A DNA stretch of 63,963 bases, counting the filler, from Dugesia japonica (taxonomy: Eukaryota), in NCBI GenBank assembly GCA_001938525.1. It is 6 parts of 6 records of this genome, joined end to end, with 100 filler letters (N's around TTAATTAATTAA, not from the genome) between each part and the next. Parts side by side here need not be neighbours in the genome. Positions count along the whole stretch, not along the records: positions 44,556 to 55,042 come from MQRL01518807.1; positions 55,143 to 63,963 come from MQRL01481665.1; 4 more parts are not named here. One strand, given 5' to 3'. The position numbers and the translations under genes were made by a program. The notes under the pieces were generated by a model. That model was given only the letters and a program-made list of their open reading frames with translations. It had not been told where the DNA came from and searched no databases. Of the stretch, positions 52,340-63,963 are shown in pieces. Position 1 is the first letter of the stretch. Every line of letters begins with the position of its first letter.

Positions 52340-54420
52340 AAATTATGCCTGAAATTAGTATCGCTTTTATTAAAAACAAATTGTATTCGGATAATTTTCC
52401 TAACATAGTTGCAACAGTAAACTGAATATTTATCGCGGAGATGACCTCGAGAGGTTCATCAAATGGTGTGAATTGTATTTTGATGAACAGGCATCACGCA
52501 GATTAGTTTTATGTATGGTGACTGAGGATCTCTTTTAAATGTATGCCAAGATTTTAAAAAAAGGTCAAAAGGTTTCAAGCTCGTTTGTATATGGCCTTCG
52601 ACAATAAGCAAGATGTAATTGAAAATTGTCAGAGTTAGAACTTACAGGCGAAATGACGAAAGTTGTGAGACATATTTAAGATTTAAAAGATTTAGTTGAG
52701 AATTTTTTCTCAAATAAAAAGCTTACGGGAGAAAAAGTGGCAATTAAAACGTCGGATTTCTGTATAGAAAATAAAAAAGTAAAAGAATACGTAAATCTAC
52801 GTAAACTTAATACCATAAAATATATAAAGAAGACTATAATATTGATGGATAAGATTGAGGAACACAGAGAATTAATCAATGTAATTAGGAGTTATACAAA
52901 CGTAATATAGTATGGAAGGCAAATTTTCAGAAATAAAAATATGAAGAGATATAAGACAAAACTTGAAAATGAAATTTCTAGAAGGTTGGCTGTGCCATAA
53001 ATTCAGTCATGTTTGGAGAAATTGTCCGAATAAGAAGTGGTAGAATGCTCTACTTGTCATAAAAGGGATATTTAAGTCGAGTTTGTCCAAATAAAAAACC
53101 AACAGAATCATTTGGTTGTGAAAAATTAGGCCACATTAGAAGGTTATTTCAAAAATTGATACGTAAACGATGTGGAAATAGTGGTCATCGGACAAAAGAT
53201 TGCTACACCAATGTGAAAATGAAAAGAATAACTGAGAAATTTTTGACAGCTGGGGGTCCAGGAAACCGATGTAACTGAATACATGTGATTGCAGATGAAG
53301 AAATTAGTACAAACTATGGATATAAGGAAGTAGGTGAAAATTATTTCAGGAATTAGTAGGAGTTATTCATTGATAAACAAATTAATTTAATATTCTCAAA
53401 AGTTTCGAAAATTTGTATGATATCGGAAAAGTTATGGAGAAAGAATACAGATTCTTAAAGAATGAAAAGCTTGAAGATGACAGAAAAATAGAATGGATTG
53501 GAACAATTGAAGCAGTACAGAAAACGAATATTATGTACCATAAATTGCAAAGAGACGTAGGGAATAAAGTTGAATGTCTTTTAGATGTTGAGTCCGAATT
53601 AACGCTGAGTTTCAGTTGTTTTAATAAATTAAGTTAACTACGCCTGGAAATGAGCGATGAAAGATTGTGTTGTGAAAAAGATAGCACACTTGAAATTATT
53701 TTAAAAGTTAGAACATGATTGACAATTGATGACATCTGAAGTGGTTACTTTTTTATTAAAGAAAACTTTTGGATACCAGCCTCTACGAAAATTGGACAGT
53801 GGAACTGATGAAAAAGTTGGAAATGACATTTGTAATCATGAAGGAGAATGATGTTGACATATTGATAAAAATAGCGATTGACAATAGCTATAAATTCTGT
53901 TAAGGTTAAAGTCGATCAAAGGTTAATGAAAATAATTGGAAATAAAGCAAATGTTTCATAGCAGATAAATGGGATGTAGAACGCACATATGATAAAACAC
54001 AAAATAATCACAATTGGTGAACCAATTTANNNNNNNNNNNNNNNNNNNNNNNNNNNNNNNNNNNNNNNNNNNNNNNNNNNNGTTCAAAATCTGTATGATG
54101 ATATTTTTTCAAAATACTCCAAGAAATACTCCACTGATTTGTGTTTGAAAAAAGAAAAAATAGAGAAGGATATACCTGGATTTCAGTAAATTTAATGTAG
54201 TAACGAAAAGACAATATTTTCCAATCCCAAATGTTGATACAATGCTGGACAAATTGTATGGGACAAAATATTTCAGTTCAATAAATTTGGAAATACATAC
54301 TATCAAAAAGAACTTGAAGAGGAATCTCAAAAAAAAACACGGCGTTTTCGACTTAGTACGGGCAATACGATTTTAATAAAATGTCATGTGACATCGTGGC
54401 GGCTTCGCGTACATAGCACG
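52340..54420 (+). mobile_element. Decayed Gypsy gag-protease-RT
   Basis: IFYRGDDLERFIKWCELYF, several CCHC knuckles, CLLDVESELTLS and FPIPNVDTMLDKLYGTKYFSSINL. Confidence 0.85.
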
Positions 54421-56989
54421 AGTTTATGATAATTAATTACAATTAAAATATAATTTCATAAATTGTGTTTATAGATGGGTGAAAATTTTCCAAACACAAA
54501 TCGTATTCGCCATTGCATGCTGAGTTTAAACACTAATCATATTCCACCGTTTTGATAAAAAATATCAACGATGAAGTTCTTGATGTCCGCAATTGTCTAA
54601 ATGGTTTGATAGGTTTCGTACTGGTAATCTTTGTATAACAAGATGAAAGGGCATCGAGAATCTGTGGTGGCTAATGATGTGTTGAATGTCATTATCAAAA
54701 GAGACCATAAACAAACAGAATAATTTTCTGGAATTATCAAAGAGCAATTCATTTTGAATTCCTGTAAATAAATTTAGAGATCTACCATAAAATTCTTGAT
54801 CGTTAGAGAGTTTCACTAATTGCTAAAAGGAATCCTTTGATTAATAGAAGCATCAAGATAAATAAGCACAAATAAATAAGCATCACGACGAGGCTAGGGC
54901 ACATACTGCAAAAGTGACCCAGTAAAAACTCAAAGCCTTTCAGTGAAAAGTAATACCTCAGTCTCTATATAGTTTAGAAATAGCACCATAGTATTACTAT
55001 TTGTTCAATTTTCTGCAAAACATAATGGTTCACATAATGACGNNNNNNNNNNNNNNNNNNNNNNNNNNNNNNNNNNNNNNNNNNNNTTAATTAATTAANN
55101 NNNNNNNNNNNNNNNNNNNNNNNNNNNNNNNNNNNNNNNNNNCTTGGCATCATCGATTATACACAGTGCGGTGTAATACCCGATACATAGATTTTGTTAT
55201 ATTTGTTCAAATTGTGGCCCATTTGAACTTGCATGGCGTCAGTGAAATTTAGAATCATTGAACCGGAACGAATAATTTTAAAAAATTAATAATATTTATT
55301 AGAGTAAATAATAATTTTGAAAATCTTGCTTTGACAATATAAATAAAGACATTTACATGAATAATTATAAATAATTTAATATGTTTTCAGAATCTTGATT
55401 TAACTTTTTATTATCTTTCTTCTCATATAACTCTGATCTATTAATTCGAATTTTTTCTATATAAATAATAATATTTATACCACAATAATAAAATTAATAA
55501 TATTTATAGTAAGATAATAATATTACATTCTATTTATTTTAATACGTTTCTATAATAGTATGATTTTTCTAATTACGATAAATATTAACATTTTTAATTT
55601 ATAATAATAATGATTTATTTCATATTTCTTTTCTAGTAATTCTTCTCACTTTTATTGAAATTATTTTTAATATAATATTTTTTGTTTTAATTCTACTTCA
55701 TTATTTTATTATATTTTGATCATTAATCCATTATATTTCTATTTCTATATCATTCATATAAATTATAAATAAAAATATATATCCTTGTTCAACTTCTTTG
55801 ATTACTTTCCATTTATTATTTCGCAGTATCATTTATTCGATTATTTATTTAAGCTTTCTTTTTATTTAATGATTCTCATTAGGTTTCTGATCTTTACCAT
55901 TGTGGTTTTGAGCTTTTTAAAATTTTGATTGTTATTTTTTTGAGCATTATTATTTATTCATTTTCCTCGTTTAGTATTTATTTTAGTGATCGATTTTCCT
56001 TGAATTTATTTAATTCTTTTATAATTCTTATTTTCCTTCTTATTAAACTTTTGCTTTGGCGCTTTAGCCTCTTTTATTATCCATAATTCGGAATGTTTTA
56101 TTTGATTCCTTGTCTTTACTGATCATTATTTCTTACTCATTATTTTATTTAATTATTGTTTTATTCTAATAATTAATTATTATAGCACCGTTGTTCTAAT
56201 TACTAATTCATTTTTGCCTATGAGAATCTTGTTTTATTCGGAATTTTTACTTCTTTGTAAAATATGTTTGATTTCTTTAATCACTATTCATTTTCTAGTT
56301 TCAGTTTCAATTTGTTGATTTATTTAATAACATTTATTTTATTATCTACTAATTAATTCATCAATAGTTTAGTAATGTTTATCTTTATTCTGAAGCATTT
56401 CTTTTCGATTTTGATTATAACATCATTTTTAATGCATTTCTGAGTTCTTTATATCTAATTATTTTCTCAGTTTACTCAAATTTGTCTCTTTTCGTTAACT
56501 GGGCAATTTCAGACCAACAATTTTTTAACAGAATATATATATATATATATATATATATTTAATTAATCAACACACAATTTTAAATTTAAAATTAAAATTA
56601 AAATTAAATCAAATCATCTAAATATAAATAAATGACAAAATATAGTGGTGGTTTTTGTATATGAGATCAGGTGAGTTTTTTAAAATATTTAATTATTTTA
56701 TTTTTTAATGCTTTAAGAGAATATATCTGTTAAAATTAAAAATATATTTTAAAATTTTAAATATTTCAAATTGCACTTAAAATTTCTTATTAGTTAATTA
56801 AATGTATTTTACATATTTAAATTCGATATATTTAATATTAATTTTAATATTACAAATTATTAAAATGCAATTAATTAATAATAAAACTGTATATAAAAGG
56901 TAATTCTGTATATCCGAATTTTCCGGTTTTTAAATATTATTATTAATTTTTTATTTATTTAATATTTTAAGAGAATTTATATTTCACAA

Positions 56990-57620
56990 AAATTATTAAA
57001 TAATGCTTTGTATGGAAAATCTGCCGAGAACTTGAAAAAACGTTATACAATACTGAAAGGAAATTTGTAACTTATACTAGTAAAGTTACATTCGAGAAGA
57101 CAATGAAATTAGTAGAAGGGCTCAAAGCTGTTTTACTTGAGAAAGATTGTATAGTTTTGGATAGACTGAGTTACATAGGTCAGGTTGTGTTAGATTTGAG
57201 TAAATTAAGGATGTATAGATTACAGTATGAAGAGTTGGAAGAATATTCCCAGCGATCTCAATGCAAAATCGATATTGTTGCTGGTGTAACAGATAGTTTT
57301 TTTATGTCATGTTCTAGAGTAGACAAAATTAAACTCTTGACTCAAATGAAAATTGATGGTCTGCTGGATACAAGTAATTATCCAAAAGATCATCCTCTCT
57401 ACTTCTGTGATGTAGCCAATAAGATCGGACTGTTCAAAAATGAAGGTCAAGGTGAAGATTATGCTGAATGAATATTCTCTCGACCAATGTGTTACAGGTT
57501 AAAAAAGAAAAATTACACAACATCAATGAAGGCCAAAGGAATCAGTTTGAAGCAAACTGATATTTAGCATGAAAATTATATAAATGTATATTTTGTAAAT
57601 GAAAAAGAAGCATTTAAAGT
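56990..57620 (+). mobile_element. Polinton pPolB C-terminal fragment
   Basis: LNNALYGKSAENLKKR, YIGQVVLDLSKLRMY, IVAGVTDSFF, LDTSNYPKDHPLY..IGLFKNE and KAKGI. Confidence 0.92.
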
Positions 57621-59100
57621 TAACCTTTTGCATAAGGTGATATCCAAAAATCTTCTGCATATCTATTCCTCCTATCAGATCTGATGTTACTCTTTCAGCA
57701 ACTAAGAAAGTAATCTCTTTGCAAATTTCATCAATTATCACTCCGGTTCTAACTTTCCTAACAATTTCAAGTGTACTATTATTTGCACAATGTAATCTTT
57801 TATCACTCATTTCTAAATGCATTTTTCGTAATTTATTAAAACAATTCAAACTCAACGTTAATTCGAGCCCCTGTATCTAATAAACATTCTACTTTATTTC
57901 CTTGAATTGATACCGTAACACTTGGTCTGCCTTGCAATTTATGGTAAGAAATATTTGTTTTCTGTTCTGCTTCAACTGTTCCAACCGATTCAACCTTTCT
58001 TTCATCCGCAAACTTTTCCCCCTGTATACTTTTTTTGTAACTTTTCCTATATCATCCTACTTTTCGACCCCTTGAAGATAATTACTAACTTCATTTAACA
58101 ATGGATGCTCCAACCAACTCCTCTACTGGTGGAGCCCTGCCTTTTAGATACTGCCTTTTGGAATCACTTTCATATGCTTCCTCATATTCATCGTTTGTAC
58201 CGACATCTTCATCTTCAATTGCATGTACTCGATTATATCTGTTTTTTGATCTTTCTGCAGTCATAAATTTCTCACTTGTTCCTTTTGCTTTCACGTTTGT
58301 GTAGCACTCTTCTGCACTATGTCACCATTACCAGATCGTTTAAACCTCACTTCTTGACATAACCTTCTAATATGGCCAACCTTTCTATGGCCAAAACATT
58401 TTGTTGGTTTTTTATTTGGAAAATCTCAAGTTATATGTCCTGCTTTATGACAATTCTAACACTCTATCACATTTTTTGTTGAACAACTTGCTTTATTATG
58501 ACCAATCTTATGACATAACCAACATTCGATATTTTGTTTTTCCTTTCTTTGATCCACAAGTCTATTCACTGTATGATTTGCAGGTTTCTGATAATTTTGA
58601 CGTGTAACTCTCGCGTAACTTCTAACCGCATCAACTTGATCTCTGTTTTTCTCTACTTGATCTACTAACATTAATGTTTCTTCAATTTCTTCTATATTCT
58701 CTCTTTTTCGCAAAATTACTTCTTCTTCAACTTTTTTGTTATCTGAACAATATACTACATCTTTGCAACCATTTTTTCGTCAGTAAAATCTTTATTTGTA
58801 AATAATCCTTTTACTAAATCTTTTAGATTTCTTCCAACAAATCTTCACCTAACAAACAAGAGGCTAATCTCTCCTGTTGTTTCACATGAGTGATGTTTTT
58901 AGCTTCAAAATACAATTCACATCTTTTGATAAATTTCTCAATATCATCTCCTCTGCAGAATATCTTTGGTGATAACCTCTCAGTAATAGAATCGGTATTT
59001 ACCGGTGCCACCTTGTTAGGTAAATCTTCAATTGTTAATTCATTTTGCAAATTAGAATTCATATTGTTAGAAATTTTTTATTTTACAACTATACCTTATA
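57621..59100 (-). mobile_element. Gypsy gag-protease fragment
   Basis: IFCRGDDIEKFIKRCELYF, tandem zinc knuckles (CWLCHKIGHNKASC etc.) and protease CLLDTG..SDLIGGID. Confidence 0.88.
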
Positions 59101-59184
59101 AGAGAAATGATTATTGAATAGTATTTAAAAAATCTTTATCCAGAATTAACTCAATTTCTATTGTCTCAAAATTATTAAATAATA

Positions 59185-59425
59185 ATTATTTCCTCATAAA
59201 CTCTACTTTGATTTGTTTTTCAGAAATTGAATTCATAGGAAAGACATCTTCGAAACTACCACTTTTAATTACAGCTTGTAGAGATGGTCGATCAAAAATA
59301 CATAATTCAGTTTTCCCGCAAATCATTTTTCAAATATTGTTCCATGACCTCGCATTCGTTTGTTTATACGTGATTCTTGAGGTTTGTTTCGTTTTCTATG
59401 AGTTTGTGGTGTTTTGACTTGAATT
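59185..59425 (-). pseudogene. Polinton core-protein C-terminus plus major capsid N-terminus (ATG at 59326)
   Basis: ..RINKRMRGHGTIFEK* overlaps MICGKTELCIFDRPSLQAVIKSGSFEDVFPMNSISEKQIKVEF (C.KSEL.LF..P..Q motif). Confidence 0.8.
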
Positions 59426-59450
59426 TATAGCATATTAATATGTTTGCACT

Positions 59451-62400
59451 AGGTAGATAGTGGCGCCATGGCACACATTTTTTAAAGCACAATTTGGGGA
59501 GGAAACTGCTTACGATTGTGCTATAATTTTTTAGGTAGTTTTTTCTAAGATTTTTGGGATCAAAAATGTTTTATCGGATCAGTTTTTATGATCCTGTGAG
59601 TGTGTATTTTCGATTTTTACAATTTGCGTGTGTTTGGGTTGCTAAGAAGGTTAATTTAAAGTAGATCAAGTTGAGTTTGTGTGTGGGTGTATATGTGTGT
59701 GACAGTAATAATTTTTTGAAATTATATTTTGGTTAAAAATGCTGTATTTTGCTTAAAATGATGAATTAAAAGTAATGATATTTTTGTAAAAATGATGTAT
59801 TTTTGAGTATTTTTGGAAATTTTGAGTGTGAAGGGTTGTTTTTCATATTTTTTGAAGGAAGAAGATTGGAGTCTTGATATTTTTGGAGAGAAAATGTTTT
59901 GGGGGAAATATAAAAGAAATATTTTTTGGCGGGAAATTTAAAAATTTATTTATTTAAATTATCTTTTGAGAAGACTTTATATTTATGTATGAGATGGAAC
60001 AGTCTTGATATTTTGCAAGGGATGAGGGGAGTCTCTATATTTTGCATGTTATGGCAGTCTTGATATAATTACAAGATATCGGACAGTCTTGATATTTTGT
60101 AAGATATTATTACAAGATATCGGGCAGTCTTGATAGTATTACAAGATATCGGACAGTCTTGATATTATTACAAGATATCGGACAGTCTTGATATTATTAC
60201 AAGATATCGGNNNNNNNNNNNNNNNNNNNNNNNNNNNNNNNNNNNNNNNNNNNNNNNNNNNNNNNNNNNNNNNNNNNNNNNNNNNNNNNNNNNNNNNNNN
60301 NNNNNNNNNNNNNNNNNNNNNNNNNNNCAGTCTTGATATTATTACAAGATATCGGACAGTCTTGATATTATTACAAGATATCGGGCAGTCTTGATATTAT
60401 TACAAGATATCGGGCAGTCTTGATATTATTACAAGAAAAGGCTCTATATTTAGCATAGGATGGGGCAGTCTAAAATGCCCAGGCATGTGATTTTCAGTGT
60501 ATGTGTGTTACAGCTGTGTTGCATTTGAGTTGCATACCTATTGCATTCATTAAAAATTTCTTTAAAAAATCAAAAAAAATTCACAGGCATGTGATTTTCA
60601 GTAAATGTGTTGCAGCTGTGTTGCATCTGAGTTGCTTGCCTATTGCATTTTTAAAAAAAAATACAAAATAGCGGCAATGTTGAGTTTAAAAAATTTCTTT
60701 TTGGTGAGAAATTTAAAAAATATTATTAAAAATTCTCAGGCGCGTGATTTTCGGTATATGTGTGTTGCATCTGAGTTGCATCTGAGTTGCATACCTATNG
60801 CATTTATTAAAAATTTATTTTAAAAAAATTAATAAAAATTCGAAGGCACGTGTTGCTATATTGCATTCATATTGCATCCCTTTTGCACTCATTATTTAAA
60901 AACATTGGGTAGTCTTTATATTTTGTAATTTACGGGGCCGTCTGATATTATTACAAGATATTCGACCGTCTTTATAAGTTCCGGGCAGTCTAAAATTTAA
61001 TAAACATGATAAAATATATCTATCAAAAAAATTCTTTGTGATATTTATATGATAAAATATATCTATCAAAAAACTTTAAAGAGAGGAGTCTTTTGGATTT
61101 TTACATGATAAAACATTCAAATGAAAACCTTTCTTTATAAGATGATAAAAACAGATTTTTTTGCAAAGAAAACATATTAACTAGGTAATTTTCTATAAAA
61201 AACATATTAGCGATGCAAATTTTAATAGAAATTCTCATTAGCGATGCTATTTTTAATACGAAATCTCATTAGCGATGTAATTTGTAATAATAAATCTCAT
61301 TACCAATGCAATGTTTAATATAATATCATAAGCAATGAAATTTTTAAAAGAAAATCTCATTAGCGATGTTATTTGTAATAAAAAACATATTAGTCATTTA
61401 ATTTTTCTATAAAAAAAACATATTAGCTGAGAATATTTCTTTACAAAATGATAAAAACAAAGAACTTTATTCATAAAATCATAAATTCATGAAACCTATC
61501 CATATATAACTAATGTGACTATCTAAAATCTTATTTATATTATTTACATAGCAACCATGTATTATAGGGTTTATGAATATATTATTTACATAGTTACCTT
61601 GTATTATTTACAAAGCAACCATGAAATATAAGGCTTATGAGAGTATTATTTGCTTAGTTATCATGTAATATTTACATAAAAACCGTTTAATTTATGGCTT
61701 TTGTGTGTATTATTTACATAGTAACCGTGTATTATTGGGTTTATGAGTGTGGGAGATTTTTTTATAAATAACTTAAAATTACTGTATAAATACCTTGCAA
61801 GTAAGTATTTCTTATGAGTGTATAGGGTTTATGAGTCTATTATTTACACAGAAACCGTGTATTATAAAGATTATAAGGATTATGAGTGTATTATCTTTAC
61901 AGATATTCTGTATTATAGGGTTTATGAGTGTATTATTTGTATAGCAAACATGAAATATAATTTTTATGAAATATAAGACTTATGAGGAAATTATTTACAT
62001 AGTAAACGTGTAATATAAGGCTTATGAAGGTACTTTTTACATAGTAACCATGTAATATAGGGTTTATGAGTGAAATNTTTGTATATTTGCATTGTATTAT
62101 TTACTTAACAACCGTGTAGTGTATGTTCTATGAGTTTATAGAGTTTATTAGTGTAGAAACAATTTTATATACAACTGAAAATTACTGTATTATAAGAAAA
62201 TTACATTATAAGTAAATATTTGTATGTATGTATAGGGTTTTTTGAGAGAAAAGGATTTTTTTAGTGTGGATCGTTTTCGTATATAACTTTAAATTTCTGT
62301 AGAAGTACTTTATAAGTAAATATCTTTTATGAAAAGATATATGTAAATATATTGATGAGTGAATGGAGATTTTGAGTGCATAGGGCTTATGAGTGTGGGA

Positions 62401-62700
62401 CATTTTCATATATAACTGAAATTACTATATAAATACCTTATAGTAAATAGTTTAATAACTGTATTATTTACATAGCAACCGTGTAATATAATGCTTATGA
62501 AGGTATTTTTACATAGTAACCATGTAATATAGGATTTATGACTATAATATTTGTATATTTACATTGTATTATTTACTTAGCAACTATGTAATATAGGTTT
62601 TATGAGTGCATTATTTACACAACAACCATGTATTATTTTCATATAAACTGTGTAATATAAGTCTTATGAGAGTAATCTTTACATAAAATAATTTGATTAT
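59451..62700. repeat. Composite tandem-repeat region (candidate Polinton terminal arm)
   Basis: 29-bp CAGTCTTGATATTATTACAAGATATCGG(A/G) array (60050-60440); TGTGTTGCATCTGAGTTGCAT blocks (60480-60880); about 32-bp AAATCTCATTAGCGATG units (61170-61430); about 42-bp TATTATTTACATAGTAACCATGTATTATAGGGTTTATGAGTG units (61540-62680). Confidence 0.85.
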
Positions 62701-62821
62701 CATTTCTTTATCTTGGTATTTTTAAATTTATTAATAATTTATTACATTTTATATATTTGTTTTAACGATTCAATTAAATTAAATTCATCAAAACCCCAAT
62801 GTTCCTCTTAATTCATTAATT

Positions 62822-63066
62822 ATGATTACAAATATTAATAACAGAGGTGAAGTGTCGCTAACTAACAAAGAAAATGAGCTTTCCTATAGGCAAACCATGT
62901 AAATTTAAAGTCAAAAGTGACAAATATATAATTATATTCTTCAGATGAGGAAAATATAGAATAATGAGTTGTAAGAAACCATTAAAACGGCATGATTTGA
63001 ACCCCCCTATGATATAAAAAATTTTCAATTACAATCACTAATAATTTGTAACAAATTTGGGAGTTT
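62822..63066 (+). pseudogene. Second, diverged TBP-like gene (N-terminal half, two frameshifts, one stop)
   Basis: MITNINNRGEV..MSFPIGKPCKFKVKSDKYIILFFR*GKYRIMSCKKPL..YDIKNFQLQSLII aligns with 26319-26080 (MLSNNNYRAHL..YSVIVFESGKCRIMGSKKPI..IDGFQSITV). Confidence 0.75.
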
Positions 63067-63330
63067 CAATAAATATGTATAAATTCCATCGGTGATTTTA
63101 CTAAATCTCTTTGTATTTTTTCAGAAGTAGTTGGGTTTTCAATTTTATTCAAATCATGAATTAAGTTGACATCAGCTAAATGTCTATCTCTTAAATCTTC
63201 TGATTTATAAGATAAATAATATTTCAAAGCTGCTTCATCAACTCTATTAATTGGTTTTTCTACAGGTTTTGGATTATTATTTTCATCTAGTCTTAAATCT
63301 AATCTTGTTCCTGGTCCTGAGTAGTAAAAA
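63066..63330 (-). pseudogene. Parvovirus VP1-type phospholipase A2 domain (adintovirus-type PLA2)
   Basis: YYSGPGTRL..PINRVDEAALK(HD>YY)LSY...RHLAD: the Ca-binding YxGPG loop is retained and the catalytic HD is mutated. Confidence 0.88.
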
Positions 63331-63489
63331 GGGAGGAGTCTAGGACAGAGGGCGAGTGTTGCCATGGCAATCAGTAGAGTAGGTCAAGGTCATGAGAAAG
63401 TAGGTCAAGATCGTTGTTATGTACTTTGAAAGTAGGTCAAGGTTATTGGTAACTATAGTAACGAGCTATTTATTTTTATTTAGATTTAT

Positions 63490-63963
63490 TTTAAAGTTAA
63501 TTATGCACACTGCTGTGCAGTTACCGCTTTGTGTCGACATGTTGCCGACGGCGTCACTGGATTGTTTAAGAGCAAGGTTTCAACAAGAATGAAAGAGAAG
63601 GAGACACAAAAAGAACCAAAAAATAAATTACAATATTTAAAAAAATTATCACAGAAATTTGTCTCATTGTCAGAGGGAAATATACTCCTCAGCCATTGCG
63701 TCCCAATCGATGCTGACTTCTTCTTCTGATAGGGTAGAATGAATGATTGGGAATTGAGCCAGAAGTTCTTCATTTTCTTTGACTGCTATCTCGTGTAGAT
63801 CCAGCAGCTCTGAGTAACTGGGATGTCTATCGACTGCTGTGCAGGTGTTGTGAGTTCTCCAAGTGTTCTGGCTCCAATTGATATTCGATGAGATGCACTT
63901 AAATTTGAGGCTAGTGATTGATTTATCTGGAATGCCGATTGTTTTTAGAATTTGGTTGTTTTC
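63490..63963 (-). mobile_element. RLE-type non-LTR retrotransposon C-terminus and 3' UTR, related to 22480-23489
   Basis: NNQILKTIGI..KFKCISSNINWSQNTWRTHNT..DRHPSYSELL, compared with NDHILRSLNV..KVKCISSNIQ*CSDTWRIHNT..DLHPSFSELL. Confidence 0.85.

Noticed and set aside
55300-56500. Strongly T-skewed 1.2-kb stretch
   Set aside because: Low complexity with frequent stops and no recognisable motif; probably very old TE debris.
60050-60440. 29-bp palindromic repeat resembling a CRISPR repeat
   Set aside because: Head-to-tail units without spacers, no cas genes, and a eukaryotic context.
56990-63330. One continuous Polinton from pPolB to PLA2
   Set aside because: The fragments have inconsistent orientation and a candidate terminus lies in the middle (59451); more likely several nested or rearranged relics.

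Overview
Very AT-rich animal DNA. The short introns and TE repertoire suggest a planarian or other flatworm, but that is inference. The window is six separate contigs joined by artificial N44-TTAATTAATTAA-N44 linkers (about 1-9475, 9576-23489, 23590-33343, 33444-44455, 44556-55042, 55143-63963), so adjacency across linkers carries no meaning. It is dominated by decayed mobile DNA: Polinton/Maverick (adintovirus-like) elements, Ty3/Gypsy, RTE-like and RLE-type non-LTR elements, Penelope-like elements with minimal hammerhead ribozymes, and mariner, pogo, hAT, MULE and piggyBac remnants. Two host genes are partly visible: an MFS transporter (24.2-24.75 kb, -) and a TMEM62-like gene (45.1-51.9 kb, +). 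Main highlight: a decayed Polinton at about 25.8-32.4 kb (packaging ATPase, core proteins, chromodomain integrase, minor and major capsid, adenain-like protease) carries an intronless, compact TATA-binding-protein (TBP)-like gene head-to-head with the ATPase. A second, strongly diverged copy of this TBP-like gene lies on another contig (62822-63066), between a long tandem-repeat arm and a parvovirus-type PLA2 gene. Together these suggest a Polinton/adintovirus lineage that encodes its own minimal TBP. All protein calls come from manual translation and motif recognition; no database search was run.
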